DNA of 59,222 bases, filler included, from Fonticula-like sp. SCN 57-25 (Eukaryota): NCBI GenBank assembly GCA_001724245.1. It is 10 parts of 10 records of this genome, joined end to end, with 100 filler letters (N's around TTAATTAATTAA, not from the genome) between each part and the next. Parts side by side here need not be neighbours in the genome. Positions count along the whole stretch, not along the records: positions 48,433 to 53,785 come from MEDX01000725.1; positions 53,886 to 59,222 come from MEDX01000726.1; 8 more parts are not named here. One strand, 5' to 3'. The notes below the pieces were generated by a model. That model had not been told where the DNA came from and ran no database searches. It was given only the letters and a program-made list of their open reading frames with translations. A program made the position numbers and the translations under genes. Positions 48,433-59,222 of this stretch are shown here, piece by piece; the first letter of the stretch is position 1, and the number at the start of each line of letters is the position of its first letter.

Positions 48433-49408
48433 CACATGAGGTCGAACGCCCTCTGCGCCTGCCCGAGCCACCTCATGCAGTGAAAAATCCTGCCCGGCCC
48501 CAGCCTCTCCTGCGCAATGACAAAGCCCATGCCGCGCTCGCCCAAAAGGCAGTCGCGCGGCACGCGCACGCCCTCGTACGCGACCTCGTAGTGCCCGCCG
48601 TCGATGCCGAGCGCGGGCGTGTCGCGCACGATGACGTACCCGGGTGTGTTTGTGGGGACGATGATCAGGCTAAAGGCGAGATGCGGCGGGGCGTCGGCGT
48701 CGAATTCGGTGCGCGCCATGACGGTGGTGAAGGCGGCGGCGGCGGCGTTGGTGGTGAACCACTTGCGGCCGGTGATCACCCACTCGTCGCCGTCGAGGAC
48801 GGCGCGCGTTTCGAGGCCGGTGGGGTCGGCGGAGGCGACGTCGGGTTCGGTCATGGCAAAGGAGGGGTAGATGTCGGCGGCGACGACGCGATCGAGGAGC
48901 TCGGCGCGCTGGCGGGGGGAGCCATGGCGGAAAATCATTAGCGAATCTTGAAGAGAAAAGGTGCCGAGGACGACTTGGCCCCATTCGGAGCGGCCTTGAA
49001 CTTCATTCACGTACACATAGTCCATGAACGACATGCCGCCGCCGCCAATCTGTTAAAGAAAAGGAGGGAAGGAAAAGTGCATGGTTAGCAATGCGTGTTG
49101 ATGATTAGAGCGATTCGTGCCTCTTTGGGGTGGCCAAGGGCCCAGAGGCCGGCGGCCTTGGCTTCGGCCTGGAGCTCCTTGAGCTTCATCACGCTCTCGG
49201 GCGTGCGCGCATGGAGAATGGCCTCGGCGGGGTAGACGCGATCCTCAATGAAGCGCAGGACGCGATCGCGGATACCGACCAGATGGGGGGGGATGGAAAA
49301 GCCGCTCGAGCTGGGTGAGCACATGTCGCTCGAGACGCCAATGGGCATCGCGCAGGGAGACGCGCTAAGATGCCGCGACACTTGATCAAGACGGCGCGAT
49401 GCTGCCAT
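48433..49408 (-). CDS. Acyl-CoA dehydrogenase (ACAD10/11-like) with PTS2 (3' truncated)
   Basis: AKAAGLWALGHPKE|IGGGGM, FAMTEPDVASADP, WVITGRKWF, GFVIAQERLGPGRIFHCMR; N-terminal RLDQVSRHL; intron about 49050-49120. Confidence 0.9.
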
Positions 49409-49990
49409 GATGCTGCTGGCGGGGTAAACAAAGAAGCACAACAGGGGAAATTGCAGTTTGCATTTTGCAAGGCAGTTTGCGTGTCGGTTTGCAATCCAGT
49501 TTGCGGTCTGTTTGGAATGTCGTACCACTGCCGGGTATAAATAGACAAATGGCCACGTGATCGTGTGCTTTGGTTCAAAGAAGAAAGAAGCTCAAAGCTT
49601 GCTCGAAGCGCGCGCGCAGGTGGTTCGGCTCCAGCTGGTCTCGGCCGTTGTCCACTCTACAAACTCGCTTTGCTTTGCCGCCGCGTTCTCTTCCTTGAGC
49701 GCCACGCAAGCTTCTTTTCTGTTTCTTTGCCGGTTTTTGGGGCGATTGCGATACGCGCGCCTCCACATTTCTCTGGTATTCGGGGGTATTGATTGGTATG
49801 TAACCGAAGTGAAGGAAGGGGATCAGGGCATGTGGTCAATAGTTTAGCAGCTTCTCGCGGGCCACTATATTTAATTTCTATCTTGTTTTGCTTCCTTTTA
49901 CGTCCTGTTTTTACTTGTAATTCGCCTTTTCCCGACCCGAGCGCTCACCCGATCCTCCCCCTGCAGCCCTTCCTCGAATCTCTGCCCGTC

Positions 49991-52198
49991 ATGTTGAAGG
50001 CCACTGAGCTTTGCATTGTGTTTGAGCCGATCAACGGCACCTTTGAGGGCTTTGGCACCGTTCTTCGTGAGCCTCTGCGCCTCGGCCGCGTTGGCGGCTT
50101 CGCCCCCGGCACGCCCGGCGTCAAGGAATTCGCGAGCAAGGTCGTCTCGCGCGATCACGCCGAAATCTACGAGCGCGACGGGAAAGTGTACGTGTGCGAC
50201 ACTGGCAGCAAGACCGGCACGTTCCTCAATGAGCGTCAGCTGAGCCGCGACCTCGCGTACGAGCTTAATAACGGAGACATGCTCAGGCTGGGCGCCAATC
50301 TGTCCGACACGGCAAACGCCTCTCGCCTCGACAGTACGTCATCATAAAAGTGGAATGTGGGCGCAAGTATGGTAGGGATAAGTGGTGTAGTGTATGCTAT
50401 AGTGTATGTGGTCATGAATGAGTACATGTGTGGCACAGAGTGTATGGAATGTGTGTTTTTTGTCTGCTATTTAGACATGAGACTGTACGGCATGGTATGG
50501 AATGTGCAGCATACATGGTATGGAATGTGTGTCTATATGCTAGCAGATGCAATCATGGGACATTGTATATGTATTTACCTCTCTTCTGCTCCCTTTTACT
50601 TACCCTTTCTTTCCATAGTTGAGCACCGCTGCGTCATGGCGCGCGTCTTTATCCAAAAGACCGACATCATGCGCCACGTCGACTCTGACCGCCCCAACCG
50701 CTTCGACCCCTACGGCCGCACCAACCCCATCGCCATGTCCGCCTCGATGATGGCCAACATGCACCTCGGCGGCGGCGGCGGCAACAGCGGCTACGGCCAG
50801 CAGCAGCCGCCCATGTACGGCCAGCAGCAGATGCACGGCGGTCAGATGCACGGCGGTCAGATGCACGGCGGTCAGATGCACGGCGGCCAGATGTACGGCG
50901 GCCAGCAGCAGCAGCAGCCCATGTACGGTGGCCAGCAGCCGCCCATGTACGGCCAACAGCAGCAGCAGCAGCAGCCTATGTATGGTCAGCAGCAGCAGCA
51001 GCCCATGTACGGCGGCCAGCAGCAGATGCACGGCGGCCAGCAGCAGATGCCCATGCAGCAGCAGCAGCAGCCGATGTACGGCCAGCAGCAGCAGCAGCAG
51101 CAGCCTATGTACCAGCAGCAGCAGCAGCCGCTCGGCGCGCGCACGTCTTCCGGCTCTGCCTCTTCGCTCCCGCAGCCGCCGGCCACCAATTACTCTGCGC
51201 CGCCGCCGGCCCCCGCGGCCCCCCAGCAGCAGCAGGCGCGTGCCGGCGCGTCGCCCGCCCTGCCGCGCCTCCCGAGCCAGGCCGGCCTGCCCACTGGCCT
51301 CGGCGCCGACCACTCGTCGCCGCCGCTGCCGCCGGCCACCTCGTACTCTGCGCCGCCCGCGCCCGCCGCCCCGCCGGCCCCGCCCGCCCCCGGCGCCGTC
51401 CCGATGGTGCCGTCGCTCGGCCGCACCGCCGGCTCGACCGGCTCGTCGGCCGGCTCGGCCTCGTCGGGCATGTCGGTCGCCGCCGCCGCCGCCGCCGCCG
51501 CCGGCTCGCTGTCTTCCTCCTCTGGATCCGGATCCACTTCTTCCGGATCTGGATCTGCCGCCGCCGCTGCGCCGCTCGCCGCCATGCTCACCGAAGAGAC
51601 GCTGCGCGCTGTCGAGCTCAAGACCCCCAGTGTGACGATTGACGCGTCGCCCGCGGCCCCCGCACGTGACCCGAGCGAGCGCGAGTCCTTTAGCGTGATG
51701 GTGACGCGCGAAAAGTATGTCTTGAACAAGATCCAGGTCATGCAGCACAACAAGGAGATTTTCCAGATCAGCGTCAAGGCGTGGGCCACGTCGCGCAAGA
51801 TTCTCGTGCAGGACCTTCGCAGCAAGTACAAGGAGACGCCGCAGGTCGAAGTTGTGCTGGACCCGAACAGCCGCGACTTTAGCAGGTGGCTCATGAACTG
51901 CGGCGCCGAGTTCAAAACATCGCTCGGCGTCGTCGAAAAGAATGGCGCGCGCACTGCGCTGATTCAGATGGCGGACAAGTCGCAAAAGTTTAGCGCGATT
52001 GGCACGTTTACGCAGAGCTTTTTGCTGTGCAATACGGATGACGGCGTTGAGATTGGCGAGGTCAAGGAGATTGCCACGAATGGGACGGCGGGTGCTTACT
52101 GTAGGCACGTGAACGTGTTTGTCGCGATGAGGAAGGATATCTCGTCGCAGTTGATTCTGATTGGTGTCATGATGTTGATGCTCGCGGCGGAATTGTAG
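49991..52198 (+). CDS. FHA-domain protein with Q/G/M/Y-rich repeats, Pro/Ala linker and a globular C-terminal domain
   Basis: LRLGR, SKVVSRDHAEI, DTGSKTGTFLN, GDMLRLG; intron about 50334-50618; MHGGQ/MYGQQ repeats. Confidence 0.8.
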
Positions 52199-52399
52199 GG
52201 AAATAGTGTTTGGTCAATATATTTGCTTTTAGTAAGTAAAGGAGAGTGAGAATGGGAATGTCAGGGAAGCAACATAAAGATATCTGAATAGCATAAAGTG
52301 GATGACATTATGAATAGCATAAAGAGACTGATGGATGACACTGTGAATGTCCATTGCCACATTGTCATGAATCACTCGTAAACGACCATGGTACATGTC

Positions 52400-52570
52400 A
52401 TATCATTGAATGACATTATGTATGGCATATCATTGTGTATGGCATGTGGCCTTGTGTATGCCATATGATATTGTGTATCCATATGATTGTGTATGCCATA
52501 TGATATTCTGTATGACATTGTGTATGACATTGTATATGCCATTGTGTATGTCATTGTATGACACATGTCC
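52400..52570. repeat. Degenerate CATTGTGTATG-type intergenic tandem repeat
   Basis: Repeated cattgtgtatg(g/a/c) units between the convergent FHA and MCM7 genes. Confidence 0.6.
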
Positions 52571-52664
52571 ATATTCAATATTTCCTCTTCTTTTCCTTCT
52601 TCTTTCTCTTTCAACAAATGCGTATTATTCCAAAGCAACATCCAAAAGCAACAAAACCCCCTCT

Positions 52665-53785
52665 TCAATTGACAAACGTAATCCTCGTCTTGTCCGCGTT
52701 CAACATCCACACCCCCAACTCCTCATACTGCTCGACACAGCTCGCCACCTGCGCCGCCGTGTACCCCTTTGCCATCGCCTTATTCACCACCGCATCATAC
52801 TCGGCAAACACCAAGTCAGCGTCAATGTCGGCGTCAGTGCTCGACACAATAATGTCGTAAATCGCAGTCACCGGGTCAGACGCGCCACCACGACGCTCGC
52901 CACCCACGTGGGCAAGCAGAGACGACTTTGAGGCGTGCGAAAGGCGAATGGCTTCCATGACGTCGCCTTCGGCAATGACGTCGCTGAAGCGCAGGCGGGC
53001 GAGTGCCTGGGAGAGGCGCAGAATGCCGAGGAGAGAGCGGGGGGTGGTGTACGTCATGTCCTCGACGGTGTCGGGGGGGGCGCCAATGAGGTCGGGGCGA
53101 GTGCGCTTGTTGGCCTGGCCGTCGCGCTCAACAACATACGCTGCGAAAAAGGGTGAGTGAAAGGGGAAGAGGAGGGGGAAAGGAGAATGAACAAGAAGAA
53201 GAAGAGGAAGAAGAAGAAGAAGGGATGCTGAACCCGAATGCGCATATGGGTAGTCACACGACTCACATTGCCCATATGCGCATATGGGTAGTCACATGAC
53301 ACATTGCCCATATGCGCATTTGGGTAATCATGAAATACATTGCCCATATGCGCATATGGGTAATCACACACTCATCATCCCATATGCGCATATGGGTCAT
53401 CACACACATACATTACTCACACCCATATGCGCATATGGGTATCACAATATCATCACATATTACTCATCATCCCATATTACCCCATATAACCAATCATCCC
53501 ATATTACCCCATATTAACAATCATCCCATATTACCATTCATCCCTCTATATTCCCACTATTCCCCCTCTAAACGTACTCCTGATAATGCGGTCCATAACA
53601 GCGGGGTTATCACTAGGCACAAACGGGCTCAACTGACGCGCCTGAGCAACATATGCACTGTCCACGTGGCCATGTCAGTACCCATCCAATCATATCCACC
53701 AATCATTCTAGTCATACCGCAAAACATCGCTCGGGATTGGCGCGAATCCGAGATTGGGCGGATGGCGGGAATGAGTGTGGACATA
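52665..53785 (-). CDS. MCM7: MCM7 replicative helicase subunit, C-terminal part
   Basis: YVHTHSRHPP...VLR|AYVAQARQ, YTTPRSLLGILRLSQALARLRFSD, EAIRLSHASKSSL, EQYEELGVWMLN...ITFV; long intron about 53141-53576. Confidence 0.9.
53233..53439. repeat. Six 18-bp palindromes CCCATATGCGCATATGGG in an MCM7 intron
   Basis: Copies at 53233, 53271, 53307, 53343, 53379 and 53422; mostly 36-bp period. Confidence 0.9.
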
Positions 53786-54009
53786 NNNNNNNNNNNNNNN
53801 NNNNNNNNNNNNNNNNNNNNNNNNNNNNNTTAATTAATTAANNNNNNNNNNNNNNNNNNNNNNNNNNNNNNNNNNNNNNNNNNNNCGTGCCGGCGACCAC
53901 CTCGGGGCGCATCATTCCAATGCGGCCACGTGATCGTGCAAAACAGAGTTTTGATGGCATCATTTTTGGTTTTTACTGGACAGCCAAATCTGCCTTGAAA
54001 ATCGTGATC

Positions 54010-54800
54010 CATATTTGACTCGATTTTTGAGCAGGATAGCTGACAATAAAAACGGAAGAACTGGCACCGATTTTTATTGCGAGGTTATTTGATGTCGGAG
54101 CACATTCAAAATATCATGACAATTAGCAGCACAATGTGGCGCATCTTTTAACACAAAGAAAGCTCAAAAAAGGACCAAATTTGGGTGAGAAATTTGCACT
54201 TTACCGTCCCCGCCTATGTGACCATTCTCTGTTTAGGATCGCTACTGCCAATTAAAATCGCGTCAAAAATTGAAATTCACATCTGATCTGATTTTTGAAG
54301 ACGATTGAGGGAAAACATACGCACACTCGCCTGACAGTAGAATCGGAAGAACTGGCACCGATTTTCATTGCGCGCTCGATCATTGTCGGAGCGCATTCAA
54401 AGTAGTATGACAACTAGCAGCACAATGTGGCGCATCGTTTGTGACCAAGAACGGTCCAAAAATGTGAAAAATTGGGTAAGAAAATTGCACTTTACCGCTC
54501 CCGCCTATGTGACCATTCTCTGTTTAGGATCGCTACTGCCAATTAAAATTCGCGTCAAAATTCCCAATCCACATCTGATCTGATTTTTGACGACGATTGA
54601 GGAGTAACATGCGCACATTACGCACACTCGTCGCACTCGCAGTGAAAACCGGAAGCACTGGCACCGATTTTAATAACGAGCTTGTTTGAAGCCAGAGCGT
54701 GCCCAAAATACCATGGCAATTAGCAGCACAATGTGGCGCACCTTTCAAGACCACGAACGTTGGAAAAAGGACCAAAATTGGGCCAGAAAAATGCACTTAC
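54010..54800. repeat. ~290-305-bp non-coding tandem repeat, two full and two partial copies
   Basis: GGAAG(A/C)ACTGGCACCGATTTT at about 54054, 54345 and 54651; TAGCAGCACAATGTGGCGCA x3; ~50-bp identical block in two copies. Confidence 0.85.
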
Positions 54801-54989
54801 CTTTTTTTGAGTATGCTTGGCAGCAGACGCAATACTTTACGCAAGCAGTACTGGCAGGGATCACTGCTGTGTCTATAGAAAACATTATATTAACTTTTAC
54901 GCGGTAACAGTGCTCTTTATACTACACTAAATACTTGAATTTCGCCAATACCTACATCAAAAGATCACATTTCTGCCAAACATTTCCCA

Positions 54990-56222
54990 CTACGCATTTC
55001 GCATCGCATCCTCAAATGATGTGATCTTGAAAAACAGCGGCTGTGCCCTGCTCGCCGTCGACTGCTGCCAGAACGCCCACAGCTCTCTCCTCCCGCCGTG
55101 CACCATGACCGAGTGGTACCTGCTGCTACCCGATCCCTCGTGCGACACCATCGAAGGGAAGAACCGGGAAAGGCGGCGAAGATGAGGTGGAAAAACAGCC
55201 TTGCCGTCGTCCGTCGCAATGCCGCCAACTTCTTCGCAGCATGAGCCGCGTGGACGTATTATGCCGCGTGAGTGTGTCTCGTGCGCGTGGAAGCACTCGG
55301 CGCCGTCATAAAAGTACACTGTTTCAGACGACCTTTGGCAAGGTCAGAGGAAGGGGAAAATGGCCATATTTGGCGCACGGGTGGCCGTCGATGGCGGCAA
55401 AGGAAAGTGCGCCAGTGACGCGTGCCACTGCAACGTCCCATGTGGTGCCGCGAGGGAAGAAGGAAAATGAGACGTGCTTGGCGATGATCGTGCCTGAAGC
55501 GGGGTCCAGTGATAGGCGGGCGCATCCAGTGTGACCTTTGAACCAAAATAAGCCACTTTGCGCGCCAAATGCAACGCACCTTCTGTCCAGCTAAAGCTGT
55601 GAATGCAGAAATAAATGTCATAGTCGCCGTCGGCGCGCTTGACGAGCGACGGATCTTTTACGTGCAGGTGTTCGGGATCGTCGCTGTCGATCAGTCGCAC
55701 GAGCGATGTGCGCGGGTCCAGCGCATCGACGCTCGGCGCATAAAAGGCGTCGATGCTCCACACACCCGTACCCGGCTTGCGAAAGTCGCGCACGGCGTCG
55801 GGGTACTCGGCCTCCTTCTCTGTCCCGACCGCCACGATGACGGCGCCGTCCGACTCGAAGGCGATCGCGCTGCCTTCGATGCTCAACACAGACCCGCCGC
55901 GGCCGAGGTCAGACTTTGACCACGAGCGGACCTTGGCTGGACGCGACGGATCCGTGATGTCGAATAGCGCAAGCTCGCGCCCGCGTGTGCCCTGTCGCAG
56001 GATTGAGCTTAACTGAAAAGGGATCTCCGAGCGCACCTTGGCGAGGGCAGTCGTACTGTCGCCGCCATCGCGGTAACGTCCAATCAGGAATACGCGGCCG
56101 TCGGTAGGGCGCACTGCTGCGTTACCGGCGCCAAACCAGTACCCGTCCGCGTCCATCGTCGGCGCGATTAGCACCGATCCATCCCGCACAAGACTCGCCG
56201 CGACATCATGCACCGATGACAT
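54990..56222 (-). CDS. Bacterial-type beta-propeller glycoside-hydrolase/sialidase-like protein
   Basis: GYWFGAGN, GRYRDGGDS, LSIEGSA, HVKDPSLV, YFYDGAEC, RPRGSCCEEVGG, GSSRY, WQQS...QPL; about three short introns. Confidence 0.6.
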
Positions 56223-56551
56223 GGTGTGTCATCTACACAAAGCAAACTGCAAACTTAAGTGATAGCATTGGGAATCGAGCCTGAATCGAGTGGGAGCAAG
56301 CTGGAAACGAGTAAAATATTCAAAATAACGCGTCGCTGGGCACTGTTTCAGAAGCCATGCGCACGCAAATAAGACGATATTAAAGTTCGACAGTCCGTAT
56401 ATCATCCCATGTCTATTGTTATACAATGCCAAATTACAGTACGTACAACTAGCGCTCGCACGAATCATAAATACACATCAATCGCCAATTGCCCCCACTC
56501 TATCGAGACATTAAGAGTCTACGCCATATTAAGACACGAATTGCCTAATGC

Positions 56552-57693
56552 TCAAAATTGTTCTTGACTCTGTTCAAGTCTTATTTGATCGCTCGCCTCT
56601 TTCTCCAACCTCGCCTCCTCCCGCGCCCTCTCCATCACCTCCTTTGCCCCGCTCAGCAGCACGGCGGCACTCGCCGTCTTGTCCCTCTGCCGCAGCTCCC
56701 CAATAGCTCGCCTAAACAGCCTCCCAAACGCCTCTCCGGCGTACAGCGACTGCGCGGCCGTCGCGAGCGCCCACTCGGAAAAGTACGGATGCGGGTTCGG
56801 CCACACCCTGTCGATCATCCCTGCGATGCCACATCAGATCATGAAAAGCAGTTTTTTCAGTTCGTACGTGAATATTCATCGAGAACGGCGTCGCGTGACG
56901 TGTCAAAAGTGTCGATGCCGAGCCCGATCTCGATGTCGCGGAGCGCCCAGACGCTGTCCATGATTGCGCGGCCGACCATGACGCCGTCGACCTGCCCGAT
57001 GTACGGCCGAATGTCGTCGGCGCTCCGCAGACCGCCGTTCAAAACAAAGTTCAGGTGCGGCAGCTCGGCCTTGATGCGCGTCACGTACTCTGGGCGCAGC
57101 GGCGGCACCGTCCGGTTGTACTTTGGCGACACGCCGTGGAGCCACGCCTTGCGGGCGTGCACGACAAACTCGGTCGCGCCGCTCTTGAGCGCAACGTCGC
57201 CGACAAAGTCGCGAAAGTAGGCGTAGCTGTCGTCATTGTCGACGCCGATGCGGCACTTGATGCTCACGCCGCCGCCGAGCGCATCGGACATGGAACGAAC
57301 GGCATCGACCACGGTCTGCGGAGACTTCATGAGAACGCACCCAAAGGAGCCGCTGCGGACGCGATCGCTCGGGCATCCCACATTAAAGTTGATTTTGTTA
57401 AAGCCATGGGACGCGCAGAGACGCGCCGCTTCGCCGAGCACGCGGGCATCAGAGCCGCCCAGCTGCGGCACCATGCGGTGGACGCACGCGGGATCAACAT
57501 CACGAAAGCTCGCAATGACCTCGGGGCGACGGATCACGTGGTCCGCCACAAGCATCTCGGTATACAGCACCGCTGTCCTCGATATCCGCGATAAAAGCAG
57601 CAGCCACTGCGGCGTCGAGTACTGAAACAGCGGCGCCACGCTGATCGCCGCCGCCGCCGCCGTTCCCGCCATGTTGGGCAAATGCGCCGTCAT
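56552..57693 (-). CDS. tRNA-dihydrouridine synthase, DusA-type
   Basis: SVAPL, LYTEM, QLGGSD, INFNVGCPSDRV..GSFG..LM, SIKCRIGVD, VHARKAWLHGVSPKYNRTVPPL, LNGG, DGVMVGRA; intron about 56821-56867; start 57693 or 57672. Confidence 0.88.
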
Positions 57694-57751
57694 CACAAAA
57701 GTCGCATGTGATTTCACCTGTGACAATCGTCTCAGCCACGCGAGCAACATC

Positions 57752-58147
57752 ATGGGCCGCGCGACGACGCTCAAGCGGCGCGATCGCAAGGTGGACGAGC
57801 CCGCGGTGGCTCCCGCCGTCGACGACGAGTGGATCGCGTCAGATGGCGACAAGGTACATATCAAGCCGGAGGCCGCTCGGTCCAAGAAGTACCAAGCCGA
57901 TGGTGTCGAGGTGTTTTCATCGTGCGTGTCCGATGCCACAGTCTAGGGCGATGCTAAGGGATGTGTTGGTAGGGCCCCGCAGGTGCCTCGCAAGGTGACT
58001 GCTCGCAACAAGAAGCAGATGAACAAGAAGGACATGCAGGCCAAGATGGAAAAGGCGCTGAACCGCACGGAGAAGCAGCAGCAGCGCGTGCTGACATTCG
58101 AGGAGCGCAAGTCCACCAAGGATCGCCTCAAGCATCTCTGGGACTAG
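57752..58147 (+). CDS. Small basic protein, Alb1-like 60S biogenesis factor
   Basis: Intron about 57922-57971; Lys/Arg-rich helix KMEKALNRTEK...RLKHLWD-TAG. Confidence 0.55.
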
Positions 58148-58455
58148 GACGAAAAGTTTTCTTTGTGTACATTACTCTTGTTTTTAATAGACCCATTTAG
58201 TACCATTTTTGTGACATTTTTACTTTGAACCAGCGCAGGATCATGGTGATCATCATTGCCATGTTAAGCATGATGATCATCATTGATGACCATATTGTGG
58301 CATTTTGACGTCTCTATGTGGAATTGAACCGCAATGTTTCTACCATATTGTCCCATGATAATCAACTATGTTGTGTCATTGTGTACTACTAAAATAAAAT
58401 AAATTTAATGGCTATATTGTCTATTGAGACTCGATCTCACACCCAAAAACAACTC

Positions 58456-59212
58456 TTACTTTTTGGCGTCCTCCTTGAGCCCCACGGTGCGGTTAAACAC
58501 GAGCTTTTCCGGGGTCGAATCCTTATCGACGCAGAAGAACCCAATACGCTCAAACTGGAACTTGTCCTCGGGCTTTGCGTTCAGCACACCCACATCGGCG
58601 AGCGCCGCCGGCAGCACCGTGAGCGACTCCTTGTTGATATCCGCGAGGAACCCCTGCGGGTGCTCGTCGGGGTTCTTCCCCTTGAACAGCGCCGAGTACA
58701 TGCGCACCTCGACCGGCACCGGCGACTGGCGCAGCGGGCAGTGCGCCACCCACTGGATATACGCCTTGGGCTTGCGCGCGTTGCTCGCGTCGTACTCGAC
58801 GAGCAGCTCGACAAGCTTGCCAGACTCGTCGCGGATCATCTGCTTGCACGTGATGTTGTACGCGCGCTGCAGGCCGACCTCCTTGTTGGGGGCGAGGCGG
58901 TAGTAGTCGGGCGAGTCTTCCTCGCGAAAGTCGGAGCGGTCAATGTAGAGCGTGCGGCAAAAGAGGACAGTGTGCTCGCCCTTGGAGGCGTCCTGAGGCA
59001 CGTTGGGCAGCGAAATGTCCTCGACCTTGTCTTCGGGGTAGTTGGTGATGGTCACCTTGAGGGGGTCCAGGACGACCTTGACGCGCGTGGAGAGGGAGTT
59101 GAGGTCGTCGCGCACGCACGACTCGAGAAGCATGACGTCGACGGTCGTGTTGGCAGTGGTGATGCCGACTTTTTCGCAAAAGGTGTTGATCGCGCGCGAG
59201 GTGAAGCCGCGG
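58456..59212 (-). CDS. QARS: Glutaminyl-tRNA synthetase, anticodon-binding C-terminus (5' truncated)
   Basis: LESCVRDDLN, LYIDRSDFRE, YYRLAP, KPKAYIQWV, EVRMYSALF, FQFERIGFFCVDKDS...FNRTVGLKED. Confidence 0.95.
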
Positions 59213-59222
59213 CTAAAGAAAA

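Noticed and set aside
53233..53439. CRISPR array
   Set aside because: Repeats and spacers are too short, the spacers resemble each other, it lies in a spliceosomal intron, and there are no cas genes.

Overview
Eukaryotic nuclear DNA, not one locus. Ten contigs are concatenated with 100-nt N44-TTAATTAATTAA-N44 spacers: 1-5509, 5610-11081, 11182-16640, 16741-22195, 22296-27727, 27828-37317, 37418-42825, 42926-48332, 48433-53785 and 53886-59222. Most contigs are gene-dense and GC-rich, with ~40-70 nt GT-AG introns (donors mostly GTGCG/GTACG), very short head-to-head promoters and frequent CACGTG boxes. Gene content (Cdc42, Mps1, NPRL3, GPI8, OAT, MCEE, HFM1/Mer3, EED, TPP1/Est3-like, MCM7, Alb1-like, GlnRS) fits a unicellular opisthokont; this placement is inferred. 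Contig 3 (Vps8, VPS35L) has a different composition. The best candidates for something new are: (1) a tandem pair of WD40-coiled coil-SAM-SAM genes with blade-per-exon phase-0 structure and divergence concentrated on the propeller top face, a possible non-self receptor family; (2) contig 7, a 5.4-kb unit with identical 14-bp ends and no intact recognisable gene; (3) a divergent sulfotransferase pair with four GGCCACGTG boxes between them; (4) an intronic array of 18-bp palindromes in MCM7; (5) a ZGLP1/Ash1-like GATA factor and a degenerate CBS-like protein. All homology calls are by-eye motif recognition; no searches were run.
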